Shown piece after piece: positions 9,450-21,763 of a stretch of 64,000 bases of DNA (within the stretch, counting starts at the first letter, position 1; every line of letters begins with the position of its first letter). This DNA comes from Candidatus Eremiobacteria bacterium. GTDB lineage: Bacteria; Vulcanimicrobiota; Vulcanimicrobiia; Vulcanimicrobiales; Vulcanimicrobiaceae. The notes below the pieces were generated by a model. The model was given only the letters and a program-made list of their open reading frames with translations, searched no databases and was not told the origin of the DNA. Made by a program: the position numbers and the translations under genes. The stretch lies in the NCBI GenBank assembly GCA_963737065.1, contig CAVTRC010000001.1, positions 1,152,001 through 1,216,000 on the forward strand. Direction: 5' to 3'.

Positions 9450-10019
9450 CTAGCCCGGCTTTGGGCGTAGGCGCCGATACGCCTTGCGGCCGGCGAGAAA
9501 AAGGCCGATCGAAAGCACGAGCGTGACGATCGCGACCACGATCGGAATGATGAACGCGAGGATTCCGCCGCTGAGCGCGACGCCGTCTTCGGCGGTGCTC
9601 ACCAGCGGATTGCCCAGGCCGCCCGTCGTCGCCGTCGATGCGGCCCGCAGGGACATCACGCCCGCGTGGATGCCGAGCGCATTCAGTGCGCCGAGGATCA
9701 TGAGAAACACGAGCATGTTTTGCGATTGCGGATGAATCGTGCCGCCGACGATGATCGCTGCAGCGGCCGGTTTGACGACGATCTGCGCGACGTGCAGGGC
9801 GTGATCGAGAAATGGAACTTTGTCGGCGAAAAGCTCGACCACGGCGACGGCGACCAAGATCCACATAACCGGGGCGGAGTTCAACCACGCGAACTGCGCG
9901 GGAGCATGGATTACGCCGAGATGGCCCGCTACGGCAACGAGCGCCAGCGATAGCACGCCGCGCAGACCCGCCGTCGTCGTCAGGGAATAAGCAAGCGCAT
10001 ATTGCGAGGCCGCATCCAT
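9450..10019 (-). CDS. DUF4126-family membrane protein
   Basis: AGLR, ELFADKVPFLDHALH, LRAASTATTGGLGNPLVSTAED motifs. Confidence 0.85.
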   Translation of the reverse strand: MDAASQYALAYSLTTTAGLRGVLSLALVAVAGHLGVIHAPAQFAWLNSAPVMWILVAVAVVELFADKVPFLDHALHVAQIVVKPAAAAIIVGGTIHPQSQNMLVFLMILGALNALGIHAGVMSLRAASTATTGGLGNPLVSTAEDGVALSGGILAFIIPIVVAIVTLVLSIGLFLAGRKAYRRLRPKPG

Positions 10020-10104
10020 CGCCGCTCATTTTATCACGCTGTCATGTAAAACCGCCTAATCGCGCAGGACGGCCGGTACGGCCGGATAAGCTCAGCAGAA
10101 GGCC

Positions 10105-11388
10105 ATGATGTTCTACGAAACACCGGCCACGGGCGACGGCGGCCTCCTTCAGAGACTGCTCGGCATCACTTATGAGATCTTGCACTCGCAAGAGATCTCG
10201 CCCGCGCTGGAATCGATCGCACGTGCGGTTTCCGAGATCTTCGGATTCAAGTACGTCACGATCGTCGCTGCAGACGCCTCGGGCGGCGAGCTTTATCGCC
10301 GCGTGCTTCTTGGTTTTCCCGACGCGATCATCCGCGAGCGCTTAGGCGAGCACATCGAGCGCGAGGCCGTGCTGGAAATCTTGCCGCCGGAATCCGAAGT
10401 GCTGCCGTACTGTTTCTATAACCCGGCCGAACGCGAAATTCTGTGGAAGCAGAGCATCTATACCGGCTACCGCCCGCTCAATGAACCGCGATCGGCGCCC
10501 GACGCCTGGCACGAACGCGACACGCTGACGCTCGTGCTGCCCGATCGCGACGGCAATATGCTCGGCTACTTATCCGCTGACGCGCCGCTCGATGGGAAAG
10601 TGCCCTCGATCGAAACGCTGCGCCGGATGCAGCTCTTCGTCAATCTCGTCGGCCTCGCGCTGGCAAACTCGCGCGCGCACTACGCTGAGGTCGAACGCCG
10701 TCGGATTCTCGAAGAAAACGTTCGGATGCAGAACGAGTTCTTCAGCATGGTGTCGCACGAAGTGCGTTCGCCGCTCGCCGCAATTCGCGGCGCAACGGCG
10801 CTGCTGCAAACGCATTTTGAAACGCTCGGACTCGAACGCCGTCAAGAGCTGCTCGGCGTATTGTCGAGTTCGACCGCGCGTTTGTCGTCGATTTTCGAAG
10901 ATTTCTTGCTGCTCTCTCGCATGGAAGCCGGTCATCTCGCGCTGCGGATCGAGCGGGTCGCGCCCGTTGCGATTATCGAAGAATCGATGGCGCGCATGCG
11001 CAGCGAGCATCCCGATCGCGCGTTCAACGCTGCATATCTCGATCCGGTTCCGTACGTGCTCGCGGACGAAGGGCGCACGGTACAGATCATCACGAATTTG
11101 CTTTCGAACGCGGTGAAATACAGCTTTCCGGAAAGTCCGATTCTCGTCGACGTGAAGCCGGCGACGGATCGTTTGACGATCACCGTCGTGAACGAAGGGC
11201 CGGGTATCGAGGACGCCGACCGCAACAAGCTCTTTACGCGGTTCGGCCACCTTTCGGCGGGCGACGGATCGACTGGTCTGGGCCTGTACATTTGCCGCGA
11301 ACTGATCACGATGATGAACGGCACGATCGGCTTCGAATCCGAGCCGGGCAAGCGCACTTCGTTCTGGTTCACGTTGCCGCGCGCGTAG
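10105..11388 (+). CDS. GAF-domain sensor histidine kinase
   Basis: SHEVRSPL H-box, [11 protein letters not shown]-box, EGPGI, GLGLYI. Confidence 0.9.
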   Translation: MMFYETPATGDGGLLQRLLGITYEILHSQEISPALESIARAVSEIFGFKYVTIVAADASGGELYRRVLLGFPDAIIRERLGEHIEREAVLEILPPESEVLPYCFYNPAEREILWKQSIYTGYRPLNEPRSAPDAWHERDTLTLVLPDRDGNMLGYLSADAPLDGKVPSIETLRRMQLFVNLVGLALANSRAHYAEVERRRILEENVRMQNEFFSMVSHEVRSPLAAIRGATALLQTHFETLGLERRQELLGVLSSSTARLSSIFEDFLLLSRMEAGHLALRIERVAPVAIIEESMARMRSEHPDRAFNAAYLDPVPYVLADEGRTVQIITNLLSNAVKYSFPESPILVDVKPATDRLTITVVNEGPGIEDADRNKLFTRFGHLSAGDGSTGLGLYICRELITMMNGTIGFESEPGKRTSFWFTLPRA

Positions 11389-11443
11389 CGGACTGCGCCT
11401 TGACCGGTAGCTTTATGCGGGCGGTTATGGTACAAAGTGGCCG

Positions 11444-13273
11444 GTGAAGACGCGCCCTGATATACGAAACGTAGCCATTATCGCCCACGTCGACCACGGC
11501 AAGACGACGTTGGTGGATGCCATGCTCAAGCAAAGCGGCGTCTTCCGCGAAGGTCAGCACGTCGAGACGCGCGATTATGGACTCGAATCCGCTCGAGCGC
11601 GAGCGCGGCATTACGATCCTCGCGAAGAACACCGCCGTTCGCCATGGTGACGTAAAGTTCAACATCGTCGACACGCCGGGACACGCCGACTTCGGCGGCG
11701 AGGTGGAGCGCGTGCTTGCAAATGGTCCAAGGCGTCTTGTTGCTCGTCGATGCAGCCGAAGGCGTGATGCCGCAGACGCGATTCGTTTTACGCAAAGCGC
11801 TCGAACTCGATCTGAAGGCACTCGTCGCAATCAATAAGATCGATCGTAAGGATGCTCGTCCGACGGAGATCGTCAACGAAGTCTTCGATCTGTTCATCGA
11901 GTTGGGCGCGAGCGACGAACAGGCCGATTTTCCGGTCGTCTTCACGAACGGGAAAGCCGGCATTGCGAAACGTTCGATGGACGACGACAGTAGCGATCTT
12001 GAACCGCTGTTCGACATTATCAAGGCCCACGTCCCCGAAGCGCCTGCCGAAGATGGGCCGTTTCAGCTGCTCATTTCAGCGATCGATCACAACAAGTACG
12101 TCGGCCGCATCGGAATCGGGAGAATCTTCCGCGGATCGTCTCGCCTCAACATGCCGATCGCAAAAGTAGCGCGCGAAGGCAAAATTGCGATCGGCTTGCG
12201 TTTGACGAAGCTCTTGACGTTCCAGGGACTGGAGCGCATCGAAGTGGACGAAGCCGGCGCGGGCGATATCGTGTGCGTTTCGGGCATCGAGGACTTGAAT
12301 ATCGGCGATACGATCGCCGACGCAAATGCCGCCGAGGGTATTCATGCCGTCGCCGTCGATGAACCGACCGTTTCAATGTTCTTCTCGGTGAACAACTCGC
12401 CGTTTGCCGGCAAGGAAGGGAAGTTTCTCACGTCGCGCCAGATTCGCGAGCGGCTGATGCGCGAGCTGGAATCGAACGTCGCGCTACGCGTTTCGGACAC
12501 GGAATCAGCCGATACATTTGAAGTGCGCGGGCGTGGCGAATTGCATCTTTCCATTTTGATCGAAACGATGCGACGCGAAGGCTACGAACTTGTCGTTTCG
12601 AAGCCGCAGGTCATCATCATGGAGCGCGACGGCAAGAAATGGGAGCCGGTCGAATACGTGGTCGTCGACGTTCCATCCGAATACGAAGGACCGGTGATCG
12701 AGGCGCTCGGTAAGCGAAAAGCCGTGATGTCGAACATGCTCAACGTCGGCGATTCGCGCCGGCTGGAATACACGATGCCGACGCGTGCGATTTTCGGTTT
12801 GCGCGGCGAACTGCTGACGCTGACGCGCGGCACGGCGGTAATGTCGCACACGTATTACGATCATCAAGAGTGGCAAGGCGAATTGCCCGGCCGTAACGTC
12901 GGCGCGCTCGTGGCGACCGACACAGGACGCGCCACGGGCTACGCGCTCATGGGCGTCGAGCAGCGCGGACGGTTCTTCATCGATCCCGGCACGGACGTAT
13001 ACGAGGGCATGATCGTCGGACGCGCCAACGACGATAAGGACGTCGGGTTGAACGTCGTGCGCGAAAAGAAACTTACCAATATGCGCGCTGCGGGCAGCGA
13101 TGAGAACGTGAAGTTGGCCGCCCGCCGAAGACTTGTCATTGGAACGCGCAATCGAATTCATCGAAGATGACGAACTCGTCGAAGTGACGCCAAAGACCAT
13201 TCGCTTGCGCAAGCGGATTCTCAATGAAGGCGAACGGCTAAAGCGCGCAAGACGCGAAAAGGCAAACGTGTAG
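11444..13273 (+). CDS. typA: Translational GTPase TypA/BipA (3 frameshifts, probably sequencing errors)
   Basis: [65 protein letters not shown]. Confidence 0.95.
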
Positions 13274-14171
13274 ACGCTCAACTAGTCGGCAAGTGCGTCG
13301 CGAGCCGTGCGATTCGATCGCTCCCCGCTCGGCCGCCGTTCGCGACTTGTGCGAACCGATGCGATCCGCGTATGCCTTCGTAATTTCAGCGCCGATCAAG
13401 AAAAGCTGCGCGGAGTAGTATAACCATAGCAGCACGGCAACGAACGAGCCCGCCGCACCGTACGTCGAGGTCGTTGCGGCACGGCCGAGATACAGCCCGA
13501 TCAAATATTGTCCGACGACCGAGAGCACCGCCGATACGATCGCTCCGAACCACACGTCGCGCCACGAAAGGTCGACGTTCGGTAGCCACTTGTAAATAGC
13601 GGCGGTAACGAGGATCGCGAACGCGAGAACGAGCGCAATATTCGCGATGGTCGCGCCCGCAGAGTTCAGATGCGTGCCGACGAGCGCGGTTGCAAATCCC
13701 ATTGCGAGGACGAGAACGGCTGCGACACCGATAATAACGATCGCTCGAGGCGAGCCATCAGCATTCCGACGAATTCCGCCCGGCGGTCGCGTGTCGAAGA
13801 TCGTGTCGAGCGCGTTTTGAATCGCGGCAATCAAACCGGTTGCCGCAACGGCAAAGATCGTCCATCCGACGATCTGCGCAACGACACCCTTCGAGCGCTC
13901 ACTGAATGTCGCTTGTATAATGTCCGCAATTGCTTTCGTTCCGGAATCACCAATCGCCGGCTGGAGTTGCTGCAGGATTTGATCGCGCACGGTGTGATGA
14001 TGTCCCGCCGCCGCCCAGAATGTCGGCGGCAATCTCGATGATGATGATCAGTAACGGCGCAATGGCGAAAATCGTATAGAACGCGAGCGCCGCCGCGAGC
14101 CGCGATGCCTGGTCGCTCGACCAACCCTTATATGCATCTTTGAGGAGGCTCAGCGTGTCGGCAGCGCGCAT
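13238..14171 (-). CDS. YihY/BrkB-family membrane protein (frameshifted)
   Basis: [17 protein letters not shown] ... [27 protein letters not shown]. Confidence 0.9.
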
Positions 14172-14174
14172 GCG

Positions 14175-14697
14175 CTACTCATACCCACGTTCCTGAGCCT
14201 TTTTCAGTTCGGCCGCCGCTTCGCGGACGTCGGTTGCCTGCGCCATCGAAGCGGCCGCCGTGTCTTCTCGGTTCGGCAACGTAAGGATCGATCGCGTCGC
14301 AACTGCTCGAGCAGATCGATGACCTTCGCGACTTTCTGCTCGGTCACGACCGCTATTTGCAGCGTGATCTCCGCCCGCCTGGTGCGCGATCGTCATTCTG
14401 CCGGTTCTGTGTGATCAGGATGAAAATCGCAACGATGAACGAGCCGAGCGAAACGATCAGTTCTAAAATCGGAAACTGCGGAGTATCGAGCGGCCGGTGC
14501 ACGACCGTTCGAAGCGCCGTGTTCGCTACGATCCACGTAAAAGCGAAGAGCAGGACCGCCGATGCGAACCATGGTCTCCCGAGCGAGCCCGTCACACGCT
14601 CGATGCCGAGCTGCGTCGTCGTAACGTTCCGGTGGCTGTCCTCGCGCAGTTCGGTTAACGTTTGAACGGCAAGCTCGATAGGGTCTTCCGGTCGCAT
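14175..14697 (-). CDS. DUF1003-domain membrane protein (frameshifted)
   Basis: LDTPQFPILELIVSLGSFIVAIFILITQNRQ, then EQKVAKVIDLLEQL and AASMAQATD in other frames. Confidence 0.8.
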
Positions 14698-14736
14698 CCC
14701 ATCGTTTCTACCCGCTTGACGGGACGCGGGCCGCAT

Positions 14737-15681
14737 CTACGACGTAAATTGCAGGTTTTGCTCTGATGCGCGGCCTTCGATTGCCTCGGACGGCGTCATT
14801 CCGAACATCTGCTTGTGGTCCGAACTGAAGTGTCCCATGTGCCAGAACCCATAATCCGCAGCGATCTCGAGAATCGCCGTATTGCCGGCCGATGCGCGCA
14901 ACTTACGATGCGCTGCATTCAGACGGCACACTTTCCAGTACGTCATCGGGCCGACGCCATAGACATCTTTGAACGCGTAGATCAGCGCGCGCACGCCGCA
15001 GTGCATCTCCCTACAGATCCGCTCCAGCGTAAGCGGTTCCTCGACATTGTCCCACATGAACGCTTCAACGTTACGTACGAGTGAGAGCGAGCGCTGCTCT
15101 CGCCGTTGCTCGACGCGCGGTATCGAAGCGACGTTCGCCAACGCGGTGATGAGCGACCGCGCGATCTCTGCACGTGCATACAGCAGACGCGTGCGCGGAA
15201 ACATCGCGTCGGAAATGCGCGGTCCTTTGATCAGGCGATCGATCAGCGCGCGCACCTCGGCAAAGGTCGATGCGTCTACGAACGCCTCCGACGTGAGAGC
15301 CTCGAGGGAAGCGCGTTCTGTCTCCGGCACGTGCTCCAGGTTTAGACGAACCCACACGACGTGACTCGGTCCACGCGCGCATACATCGATATCCGAGCGC
15401 GGAGATATGCAGACCTCGTTGGTTCTCCACCGGTGGCCGCGTTCGACGATGCTGTCGCCCTCGATAAGGAAACCGGTCGAAATCGCGTTCGGCTCTTCCA
15501 TGAAGCGCAACTCGATGCCGCGATCGACGCCGTATTCGTAGATCGTCACGGCACCGAGGTGAATCGATGAAACGAACCCGGCAAGCAAGCCGGCTGTTAA
15601 TTGAATGCAATGAGTGCAACCAGGGAACGCATGCTCGACATCTTGCGTGCTCGTAACGGGTGCGATATCGACGAGTCTCAT
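14737..15681 (-). CDS. AraC-family (EutR-like) transcriptional regulator
   Basis: C-terminal double HTH: RALIYAFKDVYGVGPMTYWK...IAADYGFWHMGHFSSDHKQMFGMTPSE. Confidence 0.9.
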   Translation of the reverse strand: MRLVDIAPVTSTQDVEHAFPGCTHCIQLTAGLLAGFVSSIHLGAVTIYEYGVDRGIELRFMEEPNAISTGFLIEGDSIVERGHRWRTNEVCISPRSDIDVCARGPSHVVWVRLNLEHVPETERASLEALTSEAFVDASTFAEVRALIDRLIKGPRISDAMFPRTRLLYARAEIARSLITALANVASIPRVEQRREQRSLSLVRNVEAFMWDNVEEPLTLERICREMHCGVRALIYAFKDVYGVGPMTYWKVCRLNAAHRKLRASAGNTAILEIAADYGFWHMGHFSSDHKQMFGMTPSEAIEGRASEQNLQFTS

Positions 15682-15842
15682 TGCTCCGCCGCGGCTTCCA
15701 TGCGTAGAGAAGACGGAATTCACTCTCAATCTCCGTAAAACGGTACGAGGGTTTTTGGCAAGGCCAATTCTCACGGCGCAGCGAGAATATCCGGATAAAT
15801 TATATCGGAATTACAAAGAAGTGGTTTCCCTCGTGCGGTTTT

Positions 15843-15857
15843 TGCACCGTTCGGATA
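15843..15857 (+). promoter_or_regulatory. Putative AraC/XylS-type operator
   Basis: TGCA-CCGTTC-GGATA matches the XylS/BenR consensus TGCA-N6-GGNTA in the region divergent from the AraC gene; single copy only. Confidence 0.35.
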
Positions 15858-15894
15858 CTCCAATGAAACGGATGCACGCTACGATGATGCCGGT

Positions 15895-16212
15895 ATGCGG
15901 ACCCTCAATGGGCAGTATCAGCTCGAGGACACCGTCGCCGCATTCTTCGGTGCACGCACGCTACGATTCGTTGCCCGCGACGCGTACGTCACGGGACGGT
16001 TCGGGCGCGAAGGCGTCATTCGAGGCTCGGTTAGCGGTCAGGAGCTCTTGGCTCAGTGGCACGACAAGGCGCGCCACGGCTGGCTGCGCGTCCGGTTCGC
16101 GCCATCGTTCAAGACCGCGGAACTCGAATACGGCTTCGAAAACAACAGTGGGCCTGCCGGCCGCTCGATGATCGTGCGCGTCGTGCGCTCTACGCGCGCA
16201 AAGCCGTTGTAG
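15895..16212 (+). CDS. Hypothetical beta-rich protein (105 aa)
   Basis: ORF divergent from the AraC gene and 12 bp before the next gene. Confidence 0.55.
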   Translation: MRTLNGQYQLEDTVAAFFGARTLRFVARDAYVTGRFGREGVIRGSVSGQELLAQWHDKARHGWLRVRFAPSFKTAELEYGFENNSGPAGRSMIVRVVRSTRAKPL

Positions 16213-16224
16213 GAGCCATTCGAA

Positions 16225-16863
16225 ATGGCCGCAGTCGCGTTGGAAGACCGCAACGCTTTGGTGGATCGCATCGTCGACGTTGCGACCGTGCTGCTCATTT
16301 CGCTCGCAGCGTTCGGCACCGCATGGTGCAGTTATCAAAGCGCGAGGTGGAGCGGGCTGGAAGCGTTGAACTATAGCCGAGCAAACGCGGCGCGCGTTCA
16401 GTCTTCCACCTATATTGCGCGCGCGGGCGCACACCGAATCACCGATGTCATGATGTTTGCAGAGTACGCGCGCGCGCTCGAGCAACACAGTCCGTTTGCG
16501 TCGTTCTTACGCGACCGATTCGATCCACCGCTCGCAGCAGCGGTGAAGGCATGGATCGCGACCGATCCACTGCACAACGCTAAAGCGCCCCCTTCACCAT
16601 TCGCGATGGCCGCATACCATCTGCCCGACGACGCTGCAGCGCGAGATGCAAATGCGCGCGCCGACGCTTTCGTTCAAGATGCTGTAACGGCGAACGAAAC
16701 CTCCGACCGGTACATCTTCTTAACGGTGTTCTTTGCAGCAGCGTCGTTTTTAGGCGGCCTCACGATCAAATTGAGACGCCCGATGCATGTCGCTGCCGTA
16801 TCCGTAGGATTCGCGATCTTCTTTATTTCCGTCGCAATCATGGTTTCGTATCCGACTCGGTAG
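16225..16863 (+). CDS. Membrane protein (DUF4337-like)
   Basis: TAWCSYQSARWSG, PPSPFAMAAY, ANETSDRYIFLTVFFAAASFLGG; three TM segments. Confidence 0.7.
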   Translation: MAAVALEDRNALVDRIVDVATVLLISLAAFGTAWCSYQSARWSGLEALNYSRANAARVQSSTYIARAGAHRITDVMMFAEYARALEQHSPFASFLRDRFDPPLAAAVKAWIATDPLHNAKAPPSPFAMAAYHLPDDAAARDANARADAFVQDAVTANETSDRYIFLTVFFAAASFLGGLTIKLRRPMHVAAVSVGFAIFFISVAIMVSYPTR

Positions 16864-16885
16864 CGTGCCTTTGCGGCAGCGTGAT

Positions 16886-19513
16886 TTATACCGTTGCGGG
16901 CACATGTTCCCCGACGGTGAACGTCAATTCGCCGGTGATTTGGTTGAAACCGACGTTGACCGTGTCACCGTCCCGCACGTCGCCCGCGAGAATTTTTCGG
17001 CCGAGCGGCGTCTCGAGTTCCTTCTGAATCGTTCGTTTGAGCGGACGTGCGCCGTAGTTCGGATCGTATCCAGCTTTGACGAGGTGACGCTTCGCGTCCT
17101 CGTCTAGGACCAGCGTGATGCGCCGCTCCGCAAGACGCGCACGCAGCCGCCCCAGCTGGATATCCACGATCTCCATGAGCTGCTCTTCGCTCAGTGCATG
17201 GAAGACGATGATCTCGTCGACGCGATTGAGGAACTCAGGCCGGAAGTGCGCTCGAAGTTCTTCCATTACCGTTGCGCGCATAACGGCCTCTTCAGCGCCG
17301 CCGAGTGCTCCGCGAAACTCGAGTATGCGATGGCTGCCGATGTTCGATGTCATAATGACGATCGTGTTGCGGAAATCGACCGTATGGCCTTGTCCGTCCG
17401 TCAACCGTCCGTCATCGAGAATCTGCAGCAGCACGTTGAAGACGTCGTGGTGCGCCTTCTCGATTTCATCGAAAAGAATCACGGAGTACGGATGCCGCCG
17501 CACCGCCTCGGTGAGCTGGCCGCCCTCTTCATAGCCGACGTATCCCGGAGGCGCGCCCAGCAATCGCGCGACGGTGTGCTTCTCTTGATACTCGGACATG
17601 TCGATCCGGATGAGCGCGCGATCGTCGTCGAAGAGATACTCCGCAAGCGCTCGCGCCAGTTCGGTTTTCCCGACACCGGTTGGGCCGAGGAAGATGAACG
17701 AGCCGATCGGCCGATTCGGATCGGCGAGGCCTGAGCGCGACCGAAGGACCGCTTCGGCAACGGCGTCGACCGCTTCGTCCTGTCCGACGACCCGCTTCTG
17801 CAACTCTTCATCGAGATGGAGCAGCTTTTGCTTCTCGCCTTCCAGCAGCTTCGAAAGCGGAATGCCCGTCCAGCGCGCGATTACCTCGGCGATGTCTTCT
17901 TCATCGACTTCCTCTTTCGAAAGGCGCCCAACTTCGCCGTCTTGCAAACGCGCCTCTTCCTTCGCAAGCTCTTTCTCGAGTTGCGGCAGCCGGCCGTACT
18001 TCAATTCGGCGACGCGATTGAGATCGTATTGACGTTCGGCTTGTTCGATCTGCACCTTCGCTTCGGTAATCTGCTCGCGCATTTCACGTAAACGGACCGA
18101 TGCGTTTTTCTCCGACTCCCATTGCGAGCGCAGCTTCGTCTGCTCTTCGCGCAGCTCGGCGAGTTCGCGTTCGAGCGCGTCGAGGCGCTCGCGGCTCTGA
18201 CGATCGCTCTCTTTACGCAGTGCTTCACGTTCGATTTCGAGCTGCATCACGCGTCGCGACACTTCATCGAGCTCTTGCGGCATCGAGTCGATCTCGGTGC
18301 GCAACTTCGCCGCGGATTCGTCGACGAGATCGATCGCCTTATCGGGCAAGAAGCGGTCCGCGATGTAGCGATTGCTCATCGTTGCCGCGCCGACGAGCGC
18401 GCTGTCTTTGATTCGCACGCCGTGGTGCGCTTCGTACTTCTCGCGCAAGCCGCGCAAAATCGAGATCGTGTCCTCGACGCTCGGTTGATCGACCATCACC
18501 GGCTGGAAACGGCGTTCGAGCGCGGCATCCTTTTCGATGTACTTGCGGTATTCGTCGAGCGTCGTCGCGCCGATCATGTGCAGTTCGCCGCGCGCGAGCA
18601 TCGGCTTGAGCAGGTTGCCCGCATCCATTGCGCCTTCAGCTTTGCCTGCACCGACGACCGTATGCAGCTCGTCGACGAACAGAATGATCGCTCCCTCGGA
18701 ATTCGCAACGTCCTTGAGCACCGCTTTCAAACGCTCTTCGAACTCGCCGCGATACTTGGCGCCCGCGATAAGCGCACCCATATCGAGCGAAACGATGCGC
18801 TTGTTTTTCAGCCCTTCGGGCACGTCGCCGCGTACGATCCGTTGCGCCAGTCCTTCGACGATCGCGGTCTTTCCGACGCCGGGATCGCCGATCAAGACGG
18901 GATTGTTCTTGGTGCGGCGTGACAGCACTTGAATGATGCGCCGGATTTCGTCGTCGCGGCCGATCACGGGATCGAGCTTCCCACGCTCGGCTTCGAGCGT
19001 TAGATCGCGCCCGTAACGCTCGAGCGACTTGTACGTCCCTTCGGGATCTTTGGTGGTCACCCGCTGATTGCCGCGCACGGCGCGCAACGCCTCGAGCAAT
19101 TTGTCGCGCGTCAAACCGGCATCGCGGAAGATCTTGCCGACCGGTCCCGGCGACTGCGCCATGGCGAGCAGCACGTGCTCGACCGAGGTGTAATCGTCTT
19201 GCAGCGCTTTTGCTTCGTTCTCGGCCGTTGCCATGACGCGGGCGAGTTCGGGCGAGAGCGTCACTTGCGCGCTCTCGGCGTTCGCGCCGGACAGACGGGG
19301 CAAAAGGCCAATTGCCTCGTCGACCTTTTTCGTGAAAGGCTTCACATCGACGCCGGCAGCGCCCAGAATATCAGGCGCAATCCCGCGCTCTTGCTCGAGC
19401 AATGCGGCGAGGAGGTGCTCCGCGGTCGTTTGGGTGTTGTGTTCGTGGAGCGCACGAGTGTACGCCGCGTTGAGTCCTTCGCTCACGCGCTCGGTCATCT
19501 TGTCAACGTTCAT
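16886..19513 (-). CDS. clpB: ATP-dependent chaperone ClpB
   Basis: Two AAA+ modules ([16 protein letters not shown]) with a long coiled-coil M domain (AELKYGRLP). Confidence 0.97.
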   Translation of the reverse strand: MNVDKMTERVSEGLNAAYTRALHEHNTQTTAEHLLAALLEQERGIAPDILGAAGVDVKPFTKKVDEAIGLLPRLSGANAESAQVTLSPELARVMATAENEAKALQDDYTSVEHVLLAMAQSPGPVGKIFRDAGLTRDKLLEALRAVRGNQRVTTKDPEGTYKSLERYGRDLTLEAERGKLDPVIGRDDEIRRIIQVLSRRTKNNPVLIGDPGVGKTAIVEGLAQRIVRGDVPEGLKNKRIVSLDMGALIAGAKYRGEFEERLKAVLKDVANSEGAIILFVDELHTVVGAGKAEGAMDAGNLLKPMLARGELHMIGATTLDEYRKYIEKDAALERRFQPVMVDQPSVEDTISILRGLREKYEAHHGVRIKDSALVGAATMSNRYIADRFLPDKAIDLVDESAAKLRTEIDSMPQELDEVSRRVMQLEIEREALRKESDRQSRERLDALERELAELREEQTKLRSQWESEKNASVRLREMREQITEAKVQIEQAERQYDLNRVAELKYGRLPQLEKELAKEEARLQDGEVGRLSKEEVDEEDIAEVIARWTGIPLSKLLEGEKQKLLHLDEELQKRVVGQDEAVDAVAEAVLRSRSGLADPNRPIGSFIFLGPTGVGKTELARALAEYLFDDDRALIRIDMSEYQEKHTVARLLGAPPGYVGYEEGGQLTEAVRRHPYSVILFDEIEKAHHDVFNVLLQILDDGRLTDGQGHTVDFRNTIVIMTSNIGSHRILEFRGALGGAEEAVMRATVMEELRAHFRPEFLNRVDEIIVFHALSEEQLMEIVDIQLGRLRARLAERRITLVLDEDAKRHLVKAGYDPNYGARPLKRTIQKELETPLGRKILAGDVRDGDTVNVGFNQITGELTFTVGEHVPATV

Positions 19514-19611
19514 CGTTCACCCCATACGACACCAGCAGCCGTCCAATGGTTGCAGTCAAAGCAGTCCAATTCAAGCGGGATTCGTTCTTACGTGAAGTGT
19601 ACCCGGAGCCT

Positions 19612-20700
19612 ATGCACATCGCGGCCGGTGCGATTCGCGTGTTCTACCTTTTTGACGTGGCCGACACAATCGATCTGGGCGCGCTCCGCACGGTCGAGGG
19701 CGAAGGAGTCTTTCCCAAGGATATTCCGCTTCGGACATACGCATCCACGGCCTACCTGCAATTTCCGGTACCGCCGCTCGTCGCTCGTTTACCTGACGCA
19801 TCGTTTCGAAATATGGCGTGCACGATTCGCGCGAAATTTTTTGACTACGGCGTGATCTCGTTGCGGTTCTCGTTTCTGATCGAAGGCAGCTGGCAGCACG
19901 TGCAAGCAGCAGCGAACGCGTTACGGCGCAACGACGAGATCGCTCGCTATGCGTCGGACACGGTGGAACGCATCGCTCGGGAGCTCGGGCCGGCGCTTGA
20001 CGACCGGCACCGCACGTTGATCGAAGATTACCTCGTCGTCGAAGTCGATCGGTTCGAACCGACCGTTGAGTCGACGGCGCTCTTGCACGAACATTCCGAA
20101 ACGCTCGCGCAGGTGCTGCTCGGTGAAACGAGCTTGCTCTCGCACGGCGAGATCGAAGAAGCGCTACGTACGCGCTTCTCGTACTACCTCGACGATCTAA
20201 CGATCGTTCAGTGGGACACGGCGTTCGTTTACGACCGGCGTGAGTCGAGCGATGCCATTAGCGACATCCTCGAATTCGCGAACTCGCAACTGCTCGAGCT
20301 ACGAGCGTACGACGCGTTGCTCGATAGAGAACTCGATGCGATTTACGCATTGCAACCGGGTTCGCGGGCGCGATCGCTCTTCGGACGCCGCGAAGCGGAA
20401 TCCGCCGCGACGATTCGTTACCTTATCGTCGACATACTCGAGTTGATCGATCGTTCGAGCAACGCGCTCAAAGTCGTCGGCGACGCCTACTACGCGCGTA
20501 TTTATCGCGCCGCAGCTTCGCGCCTCGGGTTGGCCGATTGGCAGAGCCAGATCGACAGCAAGCTCGCAAGCGTGCGCGACATGTACCAATTCCTCATCGA
20601 TCAAGCGCGGTCGCGACGCGATGAATTCATGGAAATCATCGTCATCGTGCTAATCGCGATCGAAGTGGTCATCGGCGTCTGGACGCTCGTGCGCCGCTAA
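19612..20700 (+). CDS. Conserved membrane-anchored protein (RMD1/CorA-like C-terminus)
   Basis: FSYYLDDLTIVQWD, ILEFANSQLLELRAYD, MEIIVIVLIAIEV; GGAG SD before ATG 19612. Confidence 0.75.
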   Translation: MHIAAGAIRVFYLFDVADTIDLGALRTVEGEGVFPKDIPLRTYASTAYLQFPVPPLVARLPDASFRNMACTIRAKFFDYGVISLRFSFLIEGSWQHVQAAANALRRNDEIARYASDTVERIARELGPALDDRHRTLIEDYLVVEVDRFEPTVESTALLHEHSETLAQVLLGETSLLSHGEIEEALRTRFSYYLDDLTIVQWDTAFVYDRRESSDAISDILEFANSQLLELRAYDALLDRELDAIYALQPGSRARSLFGRREAESAATIRYLIVDILELIDRSSNALKVVGDAYYARIYRAAASRLGLADWQSQIDSKLASVRDMYQFLIDQARSRRDEFMEIIVIVLIAIEVVIGVWTLVRR

Positions 20701-20733
20701 CACGTGCATTCGGCGGCGGTCGTTCATCGCCGT

Positions 20734-21738
20734 CTAACGAAGCGCGGCGACTTGAGAGTCGATTTCGTCGAGGAACTTGCGTTTGGCTACGTCGTCGATA
20801 AACGATCCCTCGAACGAGTTTCGCGCGAGCGTAACGAGATCGTAATCGTTCAGATGCAACGCCTCCGCCGTGCGGGTATAGTTTTCGCCGACGTACCCGC
20901 CGAAGTACGCGGGATCGTCCGAGTTTACCGTCGCGACGAGCCCTGCGTCGAGCATCCGTTTGAGCGGATGATGCTCGAGATCCGTCACGACGTGCAATCT
21001 CACGTTGGAGAGCGGACAGACGGTGAGCGGAACGCGCTGCCGTCGCAGACGCTCGACGAGTTGCGGATCCTCCATACTCCGAATGCCGTGGTCGACCCGT
21101 GAAACGCGAAGAAGATCGAGCGCTTCCCAGACGTATTCCGGCGGTCCCTCTTCGCCGGCGTGCGCAACGGTAAGGAAACCTTCCGCGCGCGCTCGATCGA
21201 AGACGGTGAGAAATTTCGACGGCGGATTTCCGCGCTCAGCCGAATCCAATCCAACGCCGATGATGCGATCGCGATAGGGAATCGCGAGATCGAGCGTTTC
21301 CATCGCTGAGGGAACCGATTGATCGCGCAAGAAGCACATGATCAAATGCGACGTGACACCCAAGCGTGACTGACCGTCGCGTAGCGCGGCGGTGATCCCT
21401 TCGACGACCGTTTCGAAGGCAACACCGCGGCTCGTATGCGCCTGCGGATCGAAGAACACTTCGACATGACGCACGTTCTGCGCGCTCGCGCGCTCAAGAT
21501 ACGCGCTCGTCAGATCGAAATAGTCCTGCTCGCTACGCAGCACGTCCATTCCCGCGTAGTAAATGTCGAGGAAAGACTGCAAGTCGGTGAAGCGATACGC
21601 GGCGTGGACCGCGTCGACCGAGGAATATTTCAGCGAAATACGATTGCGCTCGGCGATCGCGAACATCAATTCGGGTTCAAAGGTGCCTTCGATGTGAAGG
21701 TGCAGTTCCGCTTTAGAAAGCTTGAGCGGGTCGATCAC
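20734..21738 (-). CDS. Adenine/adenosine deaminase
   Basis: KAELHLHIEG, AHAGEEG, VCPLSN, VNSDDPAYFGG; GTG start chosen at 21738. Confidence 0.93.
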   Translation of the reverse strand: MIDPLKLSKAELHLHIEGTFEPELMFAIAERNRISLKYSSVDAVHAAYRFTDLQSFLDIYYAGMDVLRSEQDYFDLTSAYLERASAQNVRHVEVFFDPQAHTSRGVAFETVVEGITAALRDGQSRLGVTSHLIMCFLRDQSVPSAMETLDLAIPYRDRIIGVGLDSAERGNPPSKFLTVFDRARAEGFLTVAHAGEEGPPEYVWEALDLLRVSRVDHGIRSMEDPQLVERLRRQRVPLTVCPLSNVRLHVVTDLEHHPLKRMLDAGLVATVNSDDPAYFGGYVGENYTRTAEALHLNDYDLVTLARNSFEGSFIDDVAKRKFLDEIDSQVAALR

Positions 21739-21763
21739 TGCACCCGAGTACGACGGTATGCCG

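Noticed and set aside
11444..13273. Programmed frameshifting or pseudogenisation of typA (also galE-like, EamA, S9A, exonuclease, YihY)
   Set aside because: Isolated single-base indels without slippery sites in otherwise conserved genes; best explained as long-read errors.
19550..19575. CtsR/HspR operator upstream of clpB (AGTCAAA-GC-AGTCCAA)
   Set aside because: Spacing and second half-site deviate from the CtsR consensus; no HAIR or CIRCE match.
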